DNA of 63,905 nt, filler included, from Octopus bimaculoides (Eukaryota): assembly GCF_001194135.2 (NCBI RefSeq). It is 6 parts of 4 records of this genome, joined end to end, with 100 filler letters (N's around TTAATTAATTAA, not from the genome) between each part and the next. Parts side by side here need not be neighbours in the genome. Positions count along the whole stretch, not along the records: positions 1 to 29,777 come from NC_068985.1; 5 more parts are not named here. One strand, given 5' to 3'. Shown one piece after another: positions 1 through 12,858 of the stretch. The position numbers were made by a program, and so were the translations under genes. The notes beneath the pieces were generated by a model, which was not told the origin of the DNA, did no database searches, and saw only the letters and a list, made by a program, of their open reading frames with translations. Each line of letters opens with the position of its first letter. Within the stretch, counting starts at the first letter, position 1.

Positions 1-219
1 ATTACTTACTCGGATATAGTCCAACCCTTTGTCAGCTATTTTTTGTATATGGTGTTTGGGTTTGGGGATGGTCTGTATTTTGATGTAACACGTGTGTTTA
101 CGATCGCTGTTCGGGTAGTGGAGGTATCAAGTTAAAATACATCATTATATTTGGAAAAATAGGAATAAATTTCAATGAGTATTACTTACTCGGGTATAGT
201 CCAACCCTTTGTCAGCTAT
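1..219 (-). repeat. 39-bp direct repeat at 180-bp spacing, possibly a Penelope-like pseudo-LTR fragment
   Basis: 1-39 and 181-219 differ at 1 position. The minus strand reads CTGACAAA-GGGT(tggactat)ACCC-GAGTA(agtaa)TACTC. The left copy is cut by the window edge. Confidence 0.45.
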
Positions 220-312
220 ATTTGGGCTCCATGCGATGTCTTTATTTCCGATGTTCTTGGATAAGTTTCGGAGCAGTGATTTATCGTACTCACATGTTAA
301 ACTTCCCCGGTG

Positions 313-313
<1 letters not shown>

Positions 314-379
<66 letters not shown>

Positions 380-640
380 TTATTCAGAAACTTTTAGGAA
401 ACATGTTTTCCCAACAAAGGCAGTGATTCAGAATGACTTTGGCCAAAACAAACTTCTAAAAGAATTGGACAATGCTTTATATATAAAAAACAAACAAAGC
501 TTTTGCATTCTCCATCTTTATTTTTCTAATCTATTTCTGTATTATTCATATCCATATTATTATTGTTATTATTATTCATGTAATCCTCTATGCCTTGGGA
601 CCTTGTGGCCAATAAAAGAAATCATCATCTTCATCATCAC

Positions 641-675
<35 letters not shown>

Positions 676-930
676 TTATTATTATTGTTGTTGTTGTTGT
701 TGTTGCCATTGCTAGTGGGTCATGTTAGTTGTAGTAGTGGTGGCTTTCTTTTTTGTTGCTGTTGTCATTGTTAAGGACATTTTCAAGTTCACTTGTGACA
801 ATTAAAGAATTCATTATCATTATTACTGTTGTTGTTGTTGCTCTTTTTGTTGTTGTTACTTTTGGAGTTGTTTGATGGCCTTATGGCAACTGAAGAAATC
901 AATCATCTTCATCATCATCATCATCATCAT
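314..930. repeat. (ATT)n/(GTT)n/(CAT)n trinucleotide microsatellite cluster
   Basis: Directly visible runs; they explain the poly-Y/L/I ORFs in the track. Confidence 0.95.
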
Positions 931-1975
931 CTTGTTGTTTGTGTTTCTGTGACCACTAAAGAAAAACATTAACATTGTTGTTTCTGTTCTGTATGCCCCT
1001 TATGGCAAAGAAAAATTACGTCAGTGTTCCTCTTAACATTGCTCCTCATTCTCTCTCCCCTCTTCTCTCTCTTACCCCTACAAATATTATCATCATCATC
1101 ATCATAATCATCATCATTGTTGTCATTATTCCTGTCGCTATTTGCTATCGTTATCATTTGCATTGCTATTTTCCATTGCTTCACCTAAAGCCAGCATTAT
1201 TGAAATAAAATTAAAGACAAGCAGGAACACCCAGTCTATTAAACTAAACAGACCTGCAGGAATTAAGAAGTTCTAGTTGAAACAAATAAAATGGAAACAG
1301 AAGAAAAAAACAAACAAACAAAAATACCAAAAAAACAAAAAAAAAACAAAAACTAATGAAGAAACGTTAGGAAATGAAGAGAAAATCATATAACTTGTTG
1401 TTGTTACATCAAATAAAATTGATTGATTTTCAGTTTTTTTTTCTTTCTTTTGAATAATTAATATATTATGCATTCCATAGATGAAAATATTTAACATTTT
1501 TACATTCTTGACAAACTGTTTGAAGCAGATCTTGCTCAGATTTCATGAAATGATAAACATAGCTTTTGGTAAGGCACAAAGATTGTTATTTGTTTAGAGA
1601 AATAGTATTGATGAATATTCAATCATTTCTTGCAGTGTATTGGTATTTATCAATTTCCAAATAAGAAACTAAAACAAAAACACACACACACACAACCAAA
1701 GTTGATCACAGAATGATCTGACCATAGAGAATGAGACACATTGCTTTGTGTAATAAATCCATTCTTTTACCAGCTTCAATAACTGGAGAGCGACCATGCT
1801 GGAGTGCTGCTTACAAAGGTGTTTCTTTAGTTGATCATACTGACATCAGTACCTTATTCTAATATTTATTTTATCAATTTCTATTCACTGAATAGCTAAG
1901 TCATCTTTTGGTGCAATCTGATGCTACTTGGCACAATAATAAACATAAACACATGCGTTATAGACTAACACACAT

Positions 1976-2010
<35 letters not shown>

Positions 2011-2040
2011 GAGTGGCACCTTGGGCATCTGTATATTGTA

Positions 2041-2368
2041 TGGCTAAAATTTGCCCTGTTTATAATTATACCATATGTTACGTATATATTATATGATACC
2101 TTGATACTGTGTGGACTAAGGTCCCCGTTGACAGGCTGTTGGTATTTATAGAGTGCTAAACACTTTTGGTATGCAAATTAGGGACTCCTTCATAGAGTAA
2201 CTGCTGCATTTGTTGTGTATATAAACAGTTTGGCTGCTTGGAATGATGGGGACCCCTCTGATGAGAACCCAATAAGGTGCAAAAATCGATGAAGGTTGTT
2301 CATTATTTATTTTCAGTCTGCAGGGAAATGGCTGAAATTTGCCCTGTTTATAATTATGCCATATGTTA
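2041..2368 (+). mobile_element. Decayed Penelope-like terminal segment with hammerhead-like motif between 40-bp direct repeats
   Basis: 2041-2080 matches 2329-2368 (2 mismatches). CTGATGA-GAACC(caataa)GGTGC-AAAA lies at 2258-2284. Confidence 0.4.
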
Positions 2369-2627
2369 TATATGTATGAGTTTGAAAAATGCAAAAATCT
2401 TTTGACTCAACCTCATATAAGAGTCTAAAATGGATTTTGAGTCCAGCCATAAACAAACACATTTTGGTCATAAAAGGCAATAGCACTTAGTGCTGTCATA
2501 ACAGTAAGTGTCTAAGAACCTTGTGTTGGTCTGCTGAAAAGTGACCTTTTGTGAACGACAAACAAGACAGTTGAAAGTGTAATGAAATGAGAGATTGCAG
2601 AGATAAGATTATCTCTGACCTCCTTAC

Positions 2628-2688
2628 CTGACACAACTTCAATAATCGTGATAAATATTTAATGGCATAAGATACGATAATGTAAGAA
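2628..2688 (-). CDS. Candidate 61-nt internal exon of an unidentified gene (xSYIIVSYAIKYLSRLLKLCQ)
   Basis: Acceptor tatttctcctactaacatAG, donor CAG|GTAAGG, a single open frame, and CpGs retained in a CpG-poor region. No homology recognised. Confidence 0.25.
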
Positions 2689-2934
2689 CTATGTTAGTAG
2701 GAGAAATACTAGATCTGTGGACCGAAGTCACCAAATAAACTGTAAAAGAGGTAGGACTTTAGAATTGTAGAGACAAATATATTTGTAGGTTCTTTGAGAC
2801 AAACTTCAAAGCTGGGATGAATGGTAGCAAATTCACCCAGATGCTAACAGATCCAGGGTTCAATTTTTGTCAATGAATTCAATGCAATTTTACTCTCTCA
2901 TATTTTTGCTTACAATTGTTGTTTATGTTGTTAC

Positions 2935-3095
2935 TCCAAGTAATCTTGATCAAGCAGGAATATGATAAAAAGTAATCCATGCATGACCATCCTGTCTTTT
3001 TGGAGTATCTACAACTGTGTTAATTTATCATCCCATCTTTTTAAGATGGTGAATGTGATTTGAAGGAAATTTGACAACTATTTCTCACAAGGATG
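2935..3095 (+). mobile_element. Dispersed repeat family D fragment (related copies near 6140-6300, 39355-39430, 40125-40330)
   Basis: Shared motifs ccagccatgaccatcc and gtgatttgagggagattt...gctatttct across copies. Confidence 0.5.
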
Positions 3096-3189
3096 AAGGC
3101 AACAGATGAACAAGAGAGCCAATGTTGATCCAGTATACATCCCAACTTCTGTTCTCACCTTCATTTTAACAATTGTTTTGTTAGGCTTG

Positions 3190-3440
3190 TAGTAATAGGT
3201 AGGTCTTTCCTAGACACCACTTGTGTTACTTCTTGTCAGAGACTTTGTCATTTTGTTCATAAAGTTCAGCTTCTTGAGTTCAATCCTCCTCACTTCCCTC
3301 TATGTCTTCCCAGGTATCCTTCTTCCATCTAAGCAGAAAATGCTTTTTTATATAATGCACATCTTGCACACACATGCCTCATATGTCCAACAGCAACTGA
3401 ACCTTCTCTCTTGTACACTATTACGTATCTGATTCCTCTT
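3190..3440 (-). mobile_element. RTE-clade LINE 3' remnant
   Basis: Degenerate minus-strand translation resembles the RTE C-terminus (GH.R...GR.P.KTW.EV...L..L...MT); contains stops and frameshifts. Confidence 0.45.
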
Positions 3441-4589
3441 ATATTTAGATTTTTTTGTTAAAGTTTACCTCTAACGATAAAGAAAATAGGAAATGGGTGA
3501 ATTATGCATATTTTGATTGTATTATTTACAAAGATGTATTCATATATGAAGTGTCATAACTTTCAGTGCTGTTTCTAAATTAAAAATAAAAAATCTGTGG
3601 AGGTAAACTTCAAAATGATTGAATCCCACTGCAAATACAAAAGCAGGACACAGCATTCACTTATAAACCTTTCATATACTCAGTGGTATATTATGGTTGC
3701 AATACAAAATACAGTATCGTTACCAATGATTAATTAAGTTTTTTTAACAACTCATTTGTGGTCTGTGAAATTATTCTACTCACCTCATCACATTTTCATT
3801 AAACTGTACACACTCTCATGTATGTATGTATGTATGTATGTATGTCTTAGTGGTGTTTCCCCCATGAATGTAAAGATCATAATGCCAGCCTAAGATTGGG
3901 AAATGAATATAAATAAAAAATCCTATTTTGATATAAGCCTTTCATGTTTATGAGAGATTGCTGCAAAGAGGTTGTCTACATGCTGCATGGACTCTACTTC
4001 AATTATACGGTGTGGATTTTTAAAATTGCATTCTCTGGTTTAAGTTCCAGGAGTGGTTCCTCTTACTTATACACACACGCGCACATGCATACATACATCC
4101 ACACACACGAGGACACGTGCATATATACATACATACATACACATACGCACACACACGCACACAGAGGTATGTATGTGTGTGTGTGTGTCCATATGCTGCT
4201 TTCATGCAATTTCTTTTTTCATTGCTCGATAGTTTCTGAGACGAGGGACTATCACAGTCAGGTGGTATATCAATAGTATTTCATGATATATTACTCTAAC
4301 AGAGTAGATCAATATCTACATGATATTTCAGTAGTTTAGAAAGATATATATCTCACATGGTATGTAAATATATGTAGTCGTCGATCAATATCTCTCAGTA
4401 CATCAATATCTTGAGATAGTACAACACACATAGTGATAGATCAATGTCTAGTTATTTCAAGGTATGAACTACAACTGGAGAGATATCCCATGGCACATAA
4501 ATAATACTGTCTGGATTAATATTTCCATTATGTCACATCGTGGTGTATAACTGGTATTAATTTCAATCAAGACAGCAGAATAATTAACA

Positions 4590-4845
4590 TATTTCTGGGT
4601 TCAGTCCCACTGCATGGCATCTTTGCTAATTACTTTTTACTATAGTCTTGGGCTGACCAAAACCTTGTGAGTAGATTTGGCAGACAGAAACTGAAAGAAG
4701 CTTGTCACATATGTGTGTGTGGGTGTGAGTTAGTGTCTGTGCTTTTCCCCACCACCACTCGACAACCTGTTGTCAGGTGGTGGTGATGGTGGTGGTGGTG
4801 TGTTTATGTCAGTGTAACTTAGTGATTCGGCAAAAGATTACGAAC
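4590..4845 (+). mobile_element. tRNA-derived SINE family B, 5'-partial
   Basis: gggttcagtcccactgc B-box region, gaaactgaaagaagc body and gtaacttagtgattcggcaaaag segment shared with other B copies. Confidence 0.8.
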
Positions 4846-4858
4846 AAGATGAGTTCTT

Positions 4859-5206
4859 AATATTCTTTTCTACTCTAAGCACAAGGCCCGAAGGTTTTTG
4901 GCCAGCCGATTTGATTGACCCCAGTACACAACTGGTACTTAATTTATTGACTCTGAAAGTATAGAAGGCAAAGTCAACCTTGGCAAAATCTGAACTTAGA
5001 ACATAAAGACAGACGAAATACTGCTAATCATTTCACCCAGCGTGCTAACGTTTCTGCCATCTTGCTGCCTTAAATATTCTTTTCTCCTCTAGGCCCAAGG
5101 CCCAAAATTTTGGGGAAGGGGGCCAGTTGACTAGATCAACCCTGGTATGCAACTGGTACTTAATTTATCGACCTCGAAAGGATGAAAGGCAAAGTCAACC
5201 TCGACG
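4859..5206 (-). mobile_element. SINE family A dimer (5'-truncated copy plus full-length copy) inside one TSD
   Basis: Two tandem A units, both ending agaaaagaatatt. AGATGAGTTCTT(AATATT) is duplicated at 4847-4864 and 5207-5224. Confidence 0.8.
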
Positions 5207-7234
5207 AGATGAGTTCTTAATATTAACTAAATTAGGGTGGTGGCTGTGGTGGTGGAATTGGCAGAATCATCAGAACATCAAATAAAGTGCCATGCCATAT
5301 TTAATTACAGTTTTTTTGTTTTGTTTTGTTTTTTCATTCTAAGTTTAAATCCTGTCCAGGTTAACTTTTCTGGGGTGGATAAAATAAAGTAGCATTTAGT
5401 TATTGGAGCTGATTTCCTCTGATGCATCTTGGATAGAAATAGAATTATAATAAATGAAGAAATCAAGGTGGATGGATGGAAGACAAAATCAAATCTCTGT
5501 CGAATTTTGGGAAAGAGGAAGGTCTAAAACCAAACTTGTCAAGATCTAATCTCAGAAAGTAAATCTATGGAATCAACCTTTTTCATTATTGTCACCTTTC
5601 TATATCATTCAATCAGCATGCATTTGGTGAGAGTCAAAACAATGACTTGCATATTTAGTGTTAATAAACTCCAGCAGATTGAAAGGTAGATTTGCTAATC
5701 ATTGGAGGACAACTTCTTTCAGACGAATGTTCATCATAACAAGCTCATTTCGTTGGAATAAGAAGATCTTGGTACAGAAATGTGAAGAGACAGACAACAA
5801 GGTTAAGCATCTGTTTTGACCCTGTTGTGTGTCTCCTCAGCCAAAGCTTCTTCAAGGTCAATGAATCTAACAAGAGTTTTGGTCCAGGCACTGGTGTCTC
5901 AAAGTCTCTTTATGTCAATGAATCAATGTATTATGAATTCACATTTGTCTCCAATACAACAGCAATTAGCATAAACACATCTAAATTTGCTGGAATCTGC
6001 TGAGAAGAAAAATGTGTTGTCGTTTATATGTTATGTTGTGACAGATGTATTGTAACTTCCAGAAGCTGTATAGTGTGAAATGAGAATAATCATAAAGAGT
6101 GGATCAAAGTAACTATAAAGAATAAAATAACACTTGTTGCTTAGCTTCTGATCAGCCAGGAGTGAACAGACCTATCACTGAAACTATTCCAGCCATGACA
6201 ATCCAGTTTATCATTCAATCAATGTTTGTTCTTTCTTTAATCATGGTAGTGTGTGATTTGAGGGAGATTTTGTTATTATTTCTCCTATGTCAAGCTTCCT
6301 GGCTCAATAAATACCATTAATATGCTGAGGTTAATTTAATTAAGTACATCACCTATCAAATAACAATTGGTCTTTCCGCTTGGGCAAAAATCAATATGTT
6401 ACGAAATCTTAATTCAAAATAAATCAATAACAATCATATACTCCACTATCACTACTACTGCTAATTACTAATCCTGCGACTAATGATAATAATGATAATT
6501 CAGTTCTACAAGACAATAAAAAGAAAATGGATCTCTGTTTCAATGATGAATTTTCCAGATGTTTGATCAAAATGAACAACTATAAGTGGTTGAGTATTTC
6601 ATAGACACAGTGTGTGGTTAACCTTTTGAATTACCAGTACAATCCATGCAATAGACTACCACATATTATCAGTCTCCCCAAATTCATTTACAAGGCTTGG
6701 CTTAGCACCTGGCTATGGTAGAAGACATCCAAGATAAATGCTGTGGGGTTGAACCTGAAAACTCATGACTGTAAAGTGAATTACTTACCCATTTGGCCAT
6801 TGCTGTCATCAAATCCTTACTACTATATAACATAAGTGAAAGATGAACCGGTATTTAGTTCTTCTACTTGCTAAGAATAACAGCTAAATTCCATAACTCA
6901 GAAAGGATATCTAATGGGCAGGTGATAAGCTCTTTAGTGCTGGTTACCTGAAAATGGTGTTGCAATTTAAACACTGATGAACCTTATAACACACACATCA
7001 CACAGGAAAATAAATACTTATTTTAGTTATTCTTGAAAAGATAGACTTTGTGACTGATTGCACCAGGGTTGTAACAAGAGGTGTACCTACTTGTAACAAG
7101 AGGTGTACCTTCTGTGCTATTTAGGTCTAAGCATTTTAGTCATAAATGGTTAAATGGCATCAAATTATGCTAAACCAAGGAATATCTGAGGCACTGAATA
7201 TATTGATCACTTCTTGGGAATTCAGTCATCTTTT

Positions 7235-7652
7235 ACCTTTTATTTACTTCAGTCCTTAAACTGAGGCCATGCTGGGGCACCACCTTGAAGAATTTTTAGT
7301 TGAATGAATCAACCCCAGGACTTTCTATATTTTCTAAGCCTGGTACTCATCCAGTCCTTCTCTTTTGCTGAGCCGCTAAGTTACAGGATGCAAACAAACC
7401 AACACCAGTTGTCAAGTGGTGGTGGGTTGCACAAACTCAAACACACACACATACACACTCACATGTGCATATGCACACACGTACACACACACACAATGGG
7501 CTTCTTTCAGTTTCCATCTTCCAAATCCGTTTACAAGGCTTTGGTCAATCAGAGGCTTTAGTAGAAGACACTTGCTGAAGATGCCATACAGTGGGACTGA
7601 ACCCAGAACCATGTGGTTGGGTAGCAAGCTTCTTACCACAGGGCCATGCCCT
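7235..7652 (-). mobile_element. SINE family B, near full length
   Basis: Minus strand has an A-box-like tggccctgtggt, B-box gggttcagtccc, a CORE-like gcaccttgggcaagtgtct-type segment, an internal (CA)n and the family tail. Confidence 0.9.
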
Positions 7653-9614
7653 ACCCATGTCCATCAATATTAATGAAATAAATTCATCAGTAAAGGGTAT
7701 ATAATGAAGTCCTCAGTACCTTCATTCCTTAGCACAAACCTCACCTGTGATTCATCTTATCAGGCTCAACCCATCTTCACATAATCAGGCTTATTATCAT
7801 CTACCAATGATCTTTGTAACACCCTCACAACTTTCAATTATTTCTTAATTGGATCTGTTTATTTACTAATAACAGGATTGTTGTTAAAACTTTAAGTTCA
7901 ATACAACTGAAGAGAGAATGTCTAATTCTTAAATGGTGTGTCTGTGTGCTTGGAAACAATTATCTATTTTGATATATATTTATATTTAAATACATTGTAT
8001 GTGTGTATATACATGTGTGTGTGTATGAGAAAATATCATCATGTGCATGTGTTAGTGTGTAGACATGCATATGCATTTGCTTGTACATATACACACACAC
8101 ACATTTATATAGATAGATACATGCATGCATATGTGCACACACACACATACACCTTTCTGTTTCGATGTCCAAGCATGTGTATTCTCATCTACCAAGTGAA
8201 AGATATGAAGATATGAGTTGGTGGGATGTTTGTATGTGAAGGTCAAAAGGTGTGTACAGTGTACATCCGTTAGTTTATTCTCTGCTGTAGATTTACTGGT
8301 CCAGAACAGACAAATAAGCTTCCTTTCTGTCTATACCTTCGAGAATCAAATTCATTTCTCTGTCAGACATGGTTCTTGATTTATCTTCCCAAACTTTTCT
8401 TCACTCATTTTCAGTTATGATGCCAACTCACTGACCCACGTTGACATGTTGGCATTGTGTACAAATACAATGTTTCCTGGCCTCCATTAATGCTCTTTAT
8501 GTGCAAAAGACACCACCACCACCACCACCACCACCTCCACCATTACTAACGATGATGATAATGATGATGATGATGGTAATAATAATAATATACATTAAGT
8601 GTAGTATATATATAAAGATGGTGAAGAAACAATTAAGCACATTCATTGTATCTTGCTGGCCAATCACAGCCAAGAAAGAATACATCTGCATATATGAAAG
8701 AGTTAGAGGCTTTCATACACTGAAAGCGATGCCAGCGTTATAACATACCAAGAGAGATACAGGATGGTGTACCCAGATATATACCAGCAAAGGTCTCCAA
8801 GAAAGACAAAGCCACTATATTCTGCGGTATAGCACTTGATAAAAGACAGGGAGGGCCAAGACTAATCATTCGTTAAATATTGTTGTTGAGAACGACTGTG
8901 AGGTGTGCCACCAAATTGAATCCTCAGTTGAGAAAGAAGATAATGAATCTTCCAAATCTCTAGAAGTAAAACAGCGAATGGGGGTCTGGAAACAGAAATA
9001 GGGATTACTTGGGAATACTTAGTACAGGGGAAGATGTAACCAGAAGCTTGGGACTTGCAAATGTACACAGCAGACAGCACTGCATGTTCCAATACACATG
9101 GTATGTTTAGTAGCTTTAGTATGAGAGGAAAACGGAAGACCACAGCAAAACAATACTAAGGTTGGCGGAGCTCTACTCGCTATTGTAGTGAAAGTACAAA
9201 GTACATTCAATATCCTTTGATTATACTTTCAAAATAAATAAATCTCGAATGTTAATTGATTGTAAAATAAATGATGATTGAATTATCATGATTATGATCA
9301 TGATAACGGTGATGATGATGACCATGATGATGATGATCATCATTCTCATCATCATCATCATTATTTTATGGTTCACTTTCCTATGCTTATATGGATCAGG
9401 CAGAATTCATTGAGGCAGATTTTTCTACAGCTGGATGTCATTCTTGTAGCCGACCCTCACCTGTTTCCAAGCAAGCTTATAATTCCACATAGCTTGACAT
9501 ATTTTCACAGAAGATTAGAAGTGAAAGATATCCCTTGTATGATGGTCATGTATTTCACTACAATCATGTGATGTCAAGACAAGTGTACACAAACACCTAC
9601 ACATTTATACACCC

Positions 9615-9745
9615 GACCACACACAGATGATGGGCTTCTTTCAGTTTCCAGCAACCTAATCCACTCATAAGGCTTCACCAGTCAGCGGCTATAGTGGAAG
9701 GCACTTGCTCAAGGTGCAATGCAGTGGGACTGAGCTGAAAATCTG
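9615..9745 (-). mobile_element. SINE family B 5' part
   Basis: gggcttctttcagtttcc...cacttgctcaaggtgcaatgcagtgggactga matches the other B copies. Confidence 0.75.
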
Positions 9746-9979
9746 GGGTTGAGGAGAGAACAAGTTAACCTTGAGAGACAAGAGAAGTGGTTTGGTGAGA
9801 TAGACCAGGGAGGGAGTGAGAGATACGTATAGTGATAGGGGTAAGTGAACAGGACATGGTTCAGTGGAGAGGAAGAAATAATTTGGTAGAAGGATACATA
9901 TGAGACAAGCAACATAAAAAGTGAGTCAAGAGGGACAATGTTAAGAATGAGGTGAAATGAAATGGTTCCAAGCAGCGAG

Positions 9980-10265
9980 AAAGGGAGCAGGTACTTTTCC
10001 ATTGCATAAAACCATATTCCACTGCAACTGGTCCAACAATTTTAGGAACTAACTGAGCAATAACACTTTCTGTAACTTTCATAATCTGGTCCAGCATTGA
10101 TAACCTGGTCCAATAATTTGATATAACCCCTCTCTAAGGTACCTCTTTTACCTTTCTAACACCTGACTATAATGCTGCTGGTAAGTACAGGTAACTAGGT
10201 CACATCCTACACTCTCAGATTTTTCAAACATATCAGCAGTAATTCCTGATGGTCTTGGAGTTTTT
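9980..10265 (-). mobile_element. RTE-clade LINE reverse-transcriptase-region fragment
   Basis: LDQIMKVTESVIAQL...EYGFMQWKST resembles the RTE motif LLDQVMKV.ERVIAQL...MQFGF.PG.ST; upstream AIKDMK. Disrupted. Confidence 0.75.
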
Positions 10266-10411
10266 CATATCCTTAATTGCTCTATGATGACGATGTTGAA
10301 ATACATATATACATAAATACAGATACATATAGACAGGTACACTCACATTTGTCCATATATACATGTATGCCACATATACTCATGCATATGCATGCACACA
10401 TAGAAACCTGT

Positions 10412-10449
<38 letters not shown>

Positions 10450-10457
10450 ACACATAC

Positions 10458-10494
<37 letters not shown>

Positions 10495-10993
10495 NNNNNN
10501 NNNNNNNNNNNNNNNNNNNNNNNNNNNNNNNNNNNNNNNNNNNNNNNNNNNNNNNNNNNNNNNNNNNNNNNNNNNNNNNNNNNNNNNNNNNNNNNNNNNN
10601 NNNNNNNNNNNNNNNNNNNNNNNNNNNNNNNNNNNNNNNNNNNNNNNNNNNNNNNNNNNNNNNNNNNNNNNNNNNNNNNNNNNNNNNNNNNNNNNNNNNN
10701 NNNNNNNNNNNNNNNNNNNNNNNNNNNNNNNNNNNNNNNNNNNNNNNNNNNNNNNNNNNNNNNNNNNNNNNNNNNNNNNNNNNNNNNNNNNNNNNNNNNN
10801 NNNNNNNNNNNNNNNNNNNNNNNNNNNNNNNNNNNNNNNNNNNNNNNNNNNNNNNNNNNNNNNNNNNNNNNNNNNNNNNNNNNTGAGATTCCGATAGTGA
10901 ATGGGAATTGATTTCAAATGTACTTCAGTAATATCAGATTTAAACATTACATTCATCTTAACATGCCTTTAACACCCACCACAACTTTCCATT

Positions 10994-11026
<33 letters not shown>

Positions 11027-11379
11027 TATATGTACATATCTATATCTACATATCAATCTATCTATTTATATATATCAAATATGTGCTTACAGTAAGTACA
11101 TACATGCATAAATGTACACATATATGCATGTACATTGAAGCACATACGTATATATATATATATATATATACACATGTGTGTGTGTATGTGTGAGTGCACG
11201 TGTATGTATGTGTGTAAGTATATGTACATATATGTACACACACACACACACACACACAAATATACGAGGATGCTATGCATACATATACGCAAAATACAGA
11301 AGCATACATACACATGCCTATGTATGTCTTTTTAAACACATATGCATATATACGTATGCCACATATATGTATGCATATG

Positions 11380-11427
<48 letters not shown>

Positions 11428-11525
11428 TATGTGAGTATCTACATATGAGATATTGCTTAGTGGCACTATCTTATATGGGAGACTAATGATTAGCTCTGTC
11501 TACTTCAACATTCAGAGGAAATATG

Positions 11526-11722
11526 CATTTGTCAGATCATCATCATCATCATTTAATGCCCATTTTCTGGCATGGAGTAGACCGTTTGACAGGAGCTGGT
11601 AAAGCCAGGAGTCACACCAGGTTCTAGTTGTCTGTTTTGGCATGGTTTCTACAGCTGGATGCCTCCATAACGCCAACCACGTTACAGAATGTACTGGGTG
11701 CTTTTTATGTGGCACTAGCACC
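11526..11722 (-). mobile_element. SINE-like repeat with RTE-type (GAT)n tail (family E; also 14210-14400 +, 25050-25200 -, 27620-27720 +)
   Basis: gcatccagctgtagaaaccatgccaaa...catgccag...ttaaatgatgatgat is shared among copies. Confidence 0.75.
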
Positions 11723-11738
11723 ATTAATCAAGTGTGTA

Positions 11739-11783
<45 letters not shown>

Positions 11784-12641
11784 NNNNNNNNNNNNNNNNN
11801 NNNNNNNNNNNNNNNNNNNNNNNNNNNNNNNNNNNNNNNNNNNNNNNNNNNNNNNNNNNNNNNNNNNNNNNNNNNNNNNNNNNNNNNNNNNNNNNNNNNN
11901 NNNNNNNNNNNNNNNNNNNNNNNNNNNNNNNNNNNNNNNNNNNNNNNNNNNNNNNNNNNNNNNNNNNNNNNNNNNNNNNNNNNNNNNNNNNNNNNNNNNN
12001 NNNNNNNNNNNNNNNNNNNNNNNNNNNNNNNNNNNNNNNNNNNNNNNNNNNNNNNNNNNNNNNNNNNNNNNNNNNNNNNNNNNNNNNNNNNNNNNNNNNN
12101 NNNNNNNNNNNNNNNNNNNNNNNNNNNNNNNNNNNNNNNNNNNNNNNNNNNNNNNNNNNNTATATATATAATGTCTGTGAGAAAAACAGCACCATGACAC
12201 AATTCACTCTGCCAGAAATTTGGAAACAACATGCTGTACTGCTTGGCATTCATGCCAGAAGCTCCAATATGAACGTTGCAGAGTGTTTGGGTGCCCATCT
12301 TCAGTCTCTAACTCCTTACAAACTTTGTAGATGAAAGATCTGGTAACTTTTAAAAATTGAGATATTTCTAAATCGCTATGCTCAGCCTTTATAACCACAA
12401 TAACAGCTTGTCTCTTCACTTTTTGAGTAAGCTGAGGGTCTGCCATTATTATTTTCTGAATCAAAGATTATACAGAGTTAGCAAAATATGCAGCAATGAC
12501 CCAAAAACATATGTCCTCAAATATCTTACACACCCTGTATGTCTATTAAAATGAAATGTCAGTGTTATTTTCATTTTTGTGTAATTTAAACAACAATTTA
12601 TTCACTGTCCCCTGTATATGCATATTGGTATGTGTATATAA

Positions 12642-12858
12642 AGGTGGTGAGCTGGCAGAACTGTTAGCATGCCAAGCTAAATGTTTAGCAACATTTCATC
12701 TGTCTTCGTGTTCTGAGCTCAAAATGCACCAAGGTTGGCTTTGCTTTTCGTCCTTTCAAGAACGATGAAATAAGTACCAATTGAGTACTGGGAGTCAATG
12801 TGAGTGACTTAACCCCTACTCTGAAATTGCTGGCCTTGTGACAAAATTTGAAACCAAT
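12642..12858 (+). mobile_element. SINE family A, CpG-decayed
   Basis: Aligns to the 38678 copy, with CpG-to-TpG/CpA changes (ggtggtgagctggcagaa...). Confidence 0.85.

Noticed and set aside
5640-6010. ORF 5782-6003 and a minus-strand FIDLEEAL motif resembling RT
   Set aside because: No flanking RT motifs and no splice or homology support.
7069-7110. 20-bp tandem duplication
   Set aside because: Ordinary slippage or repair duplication with no further structure.
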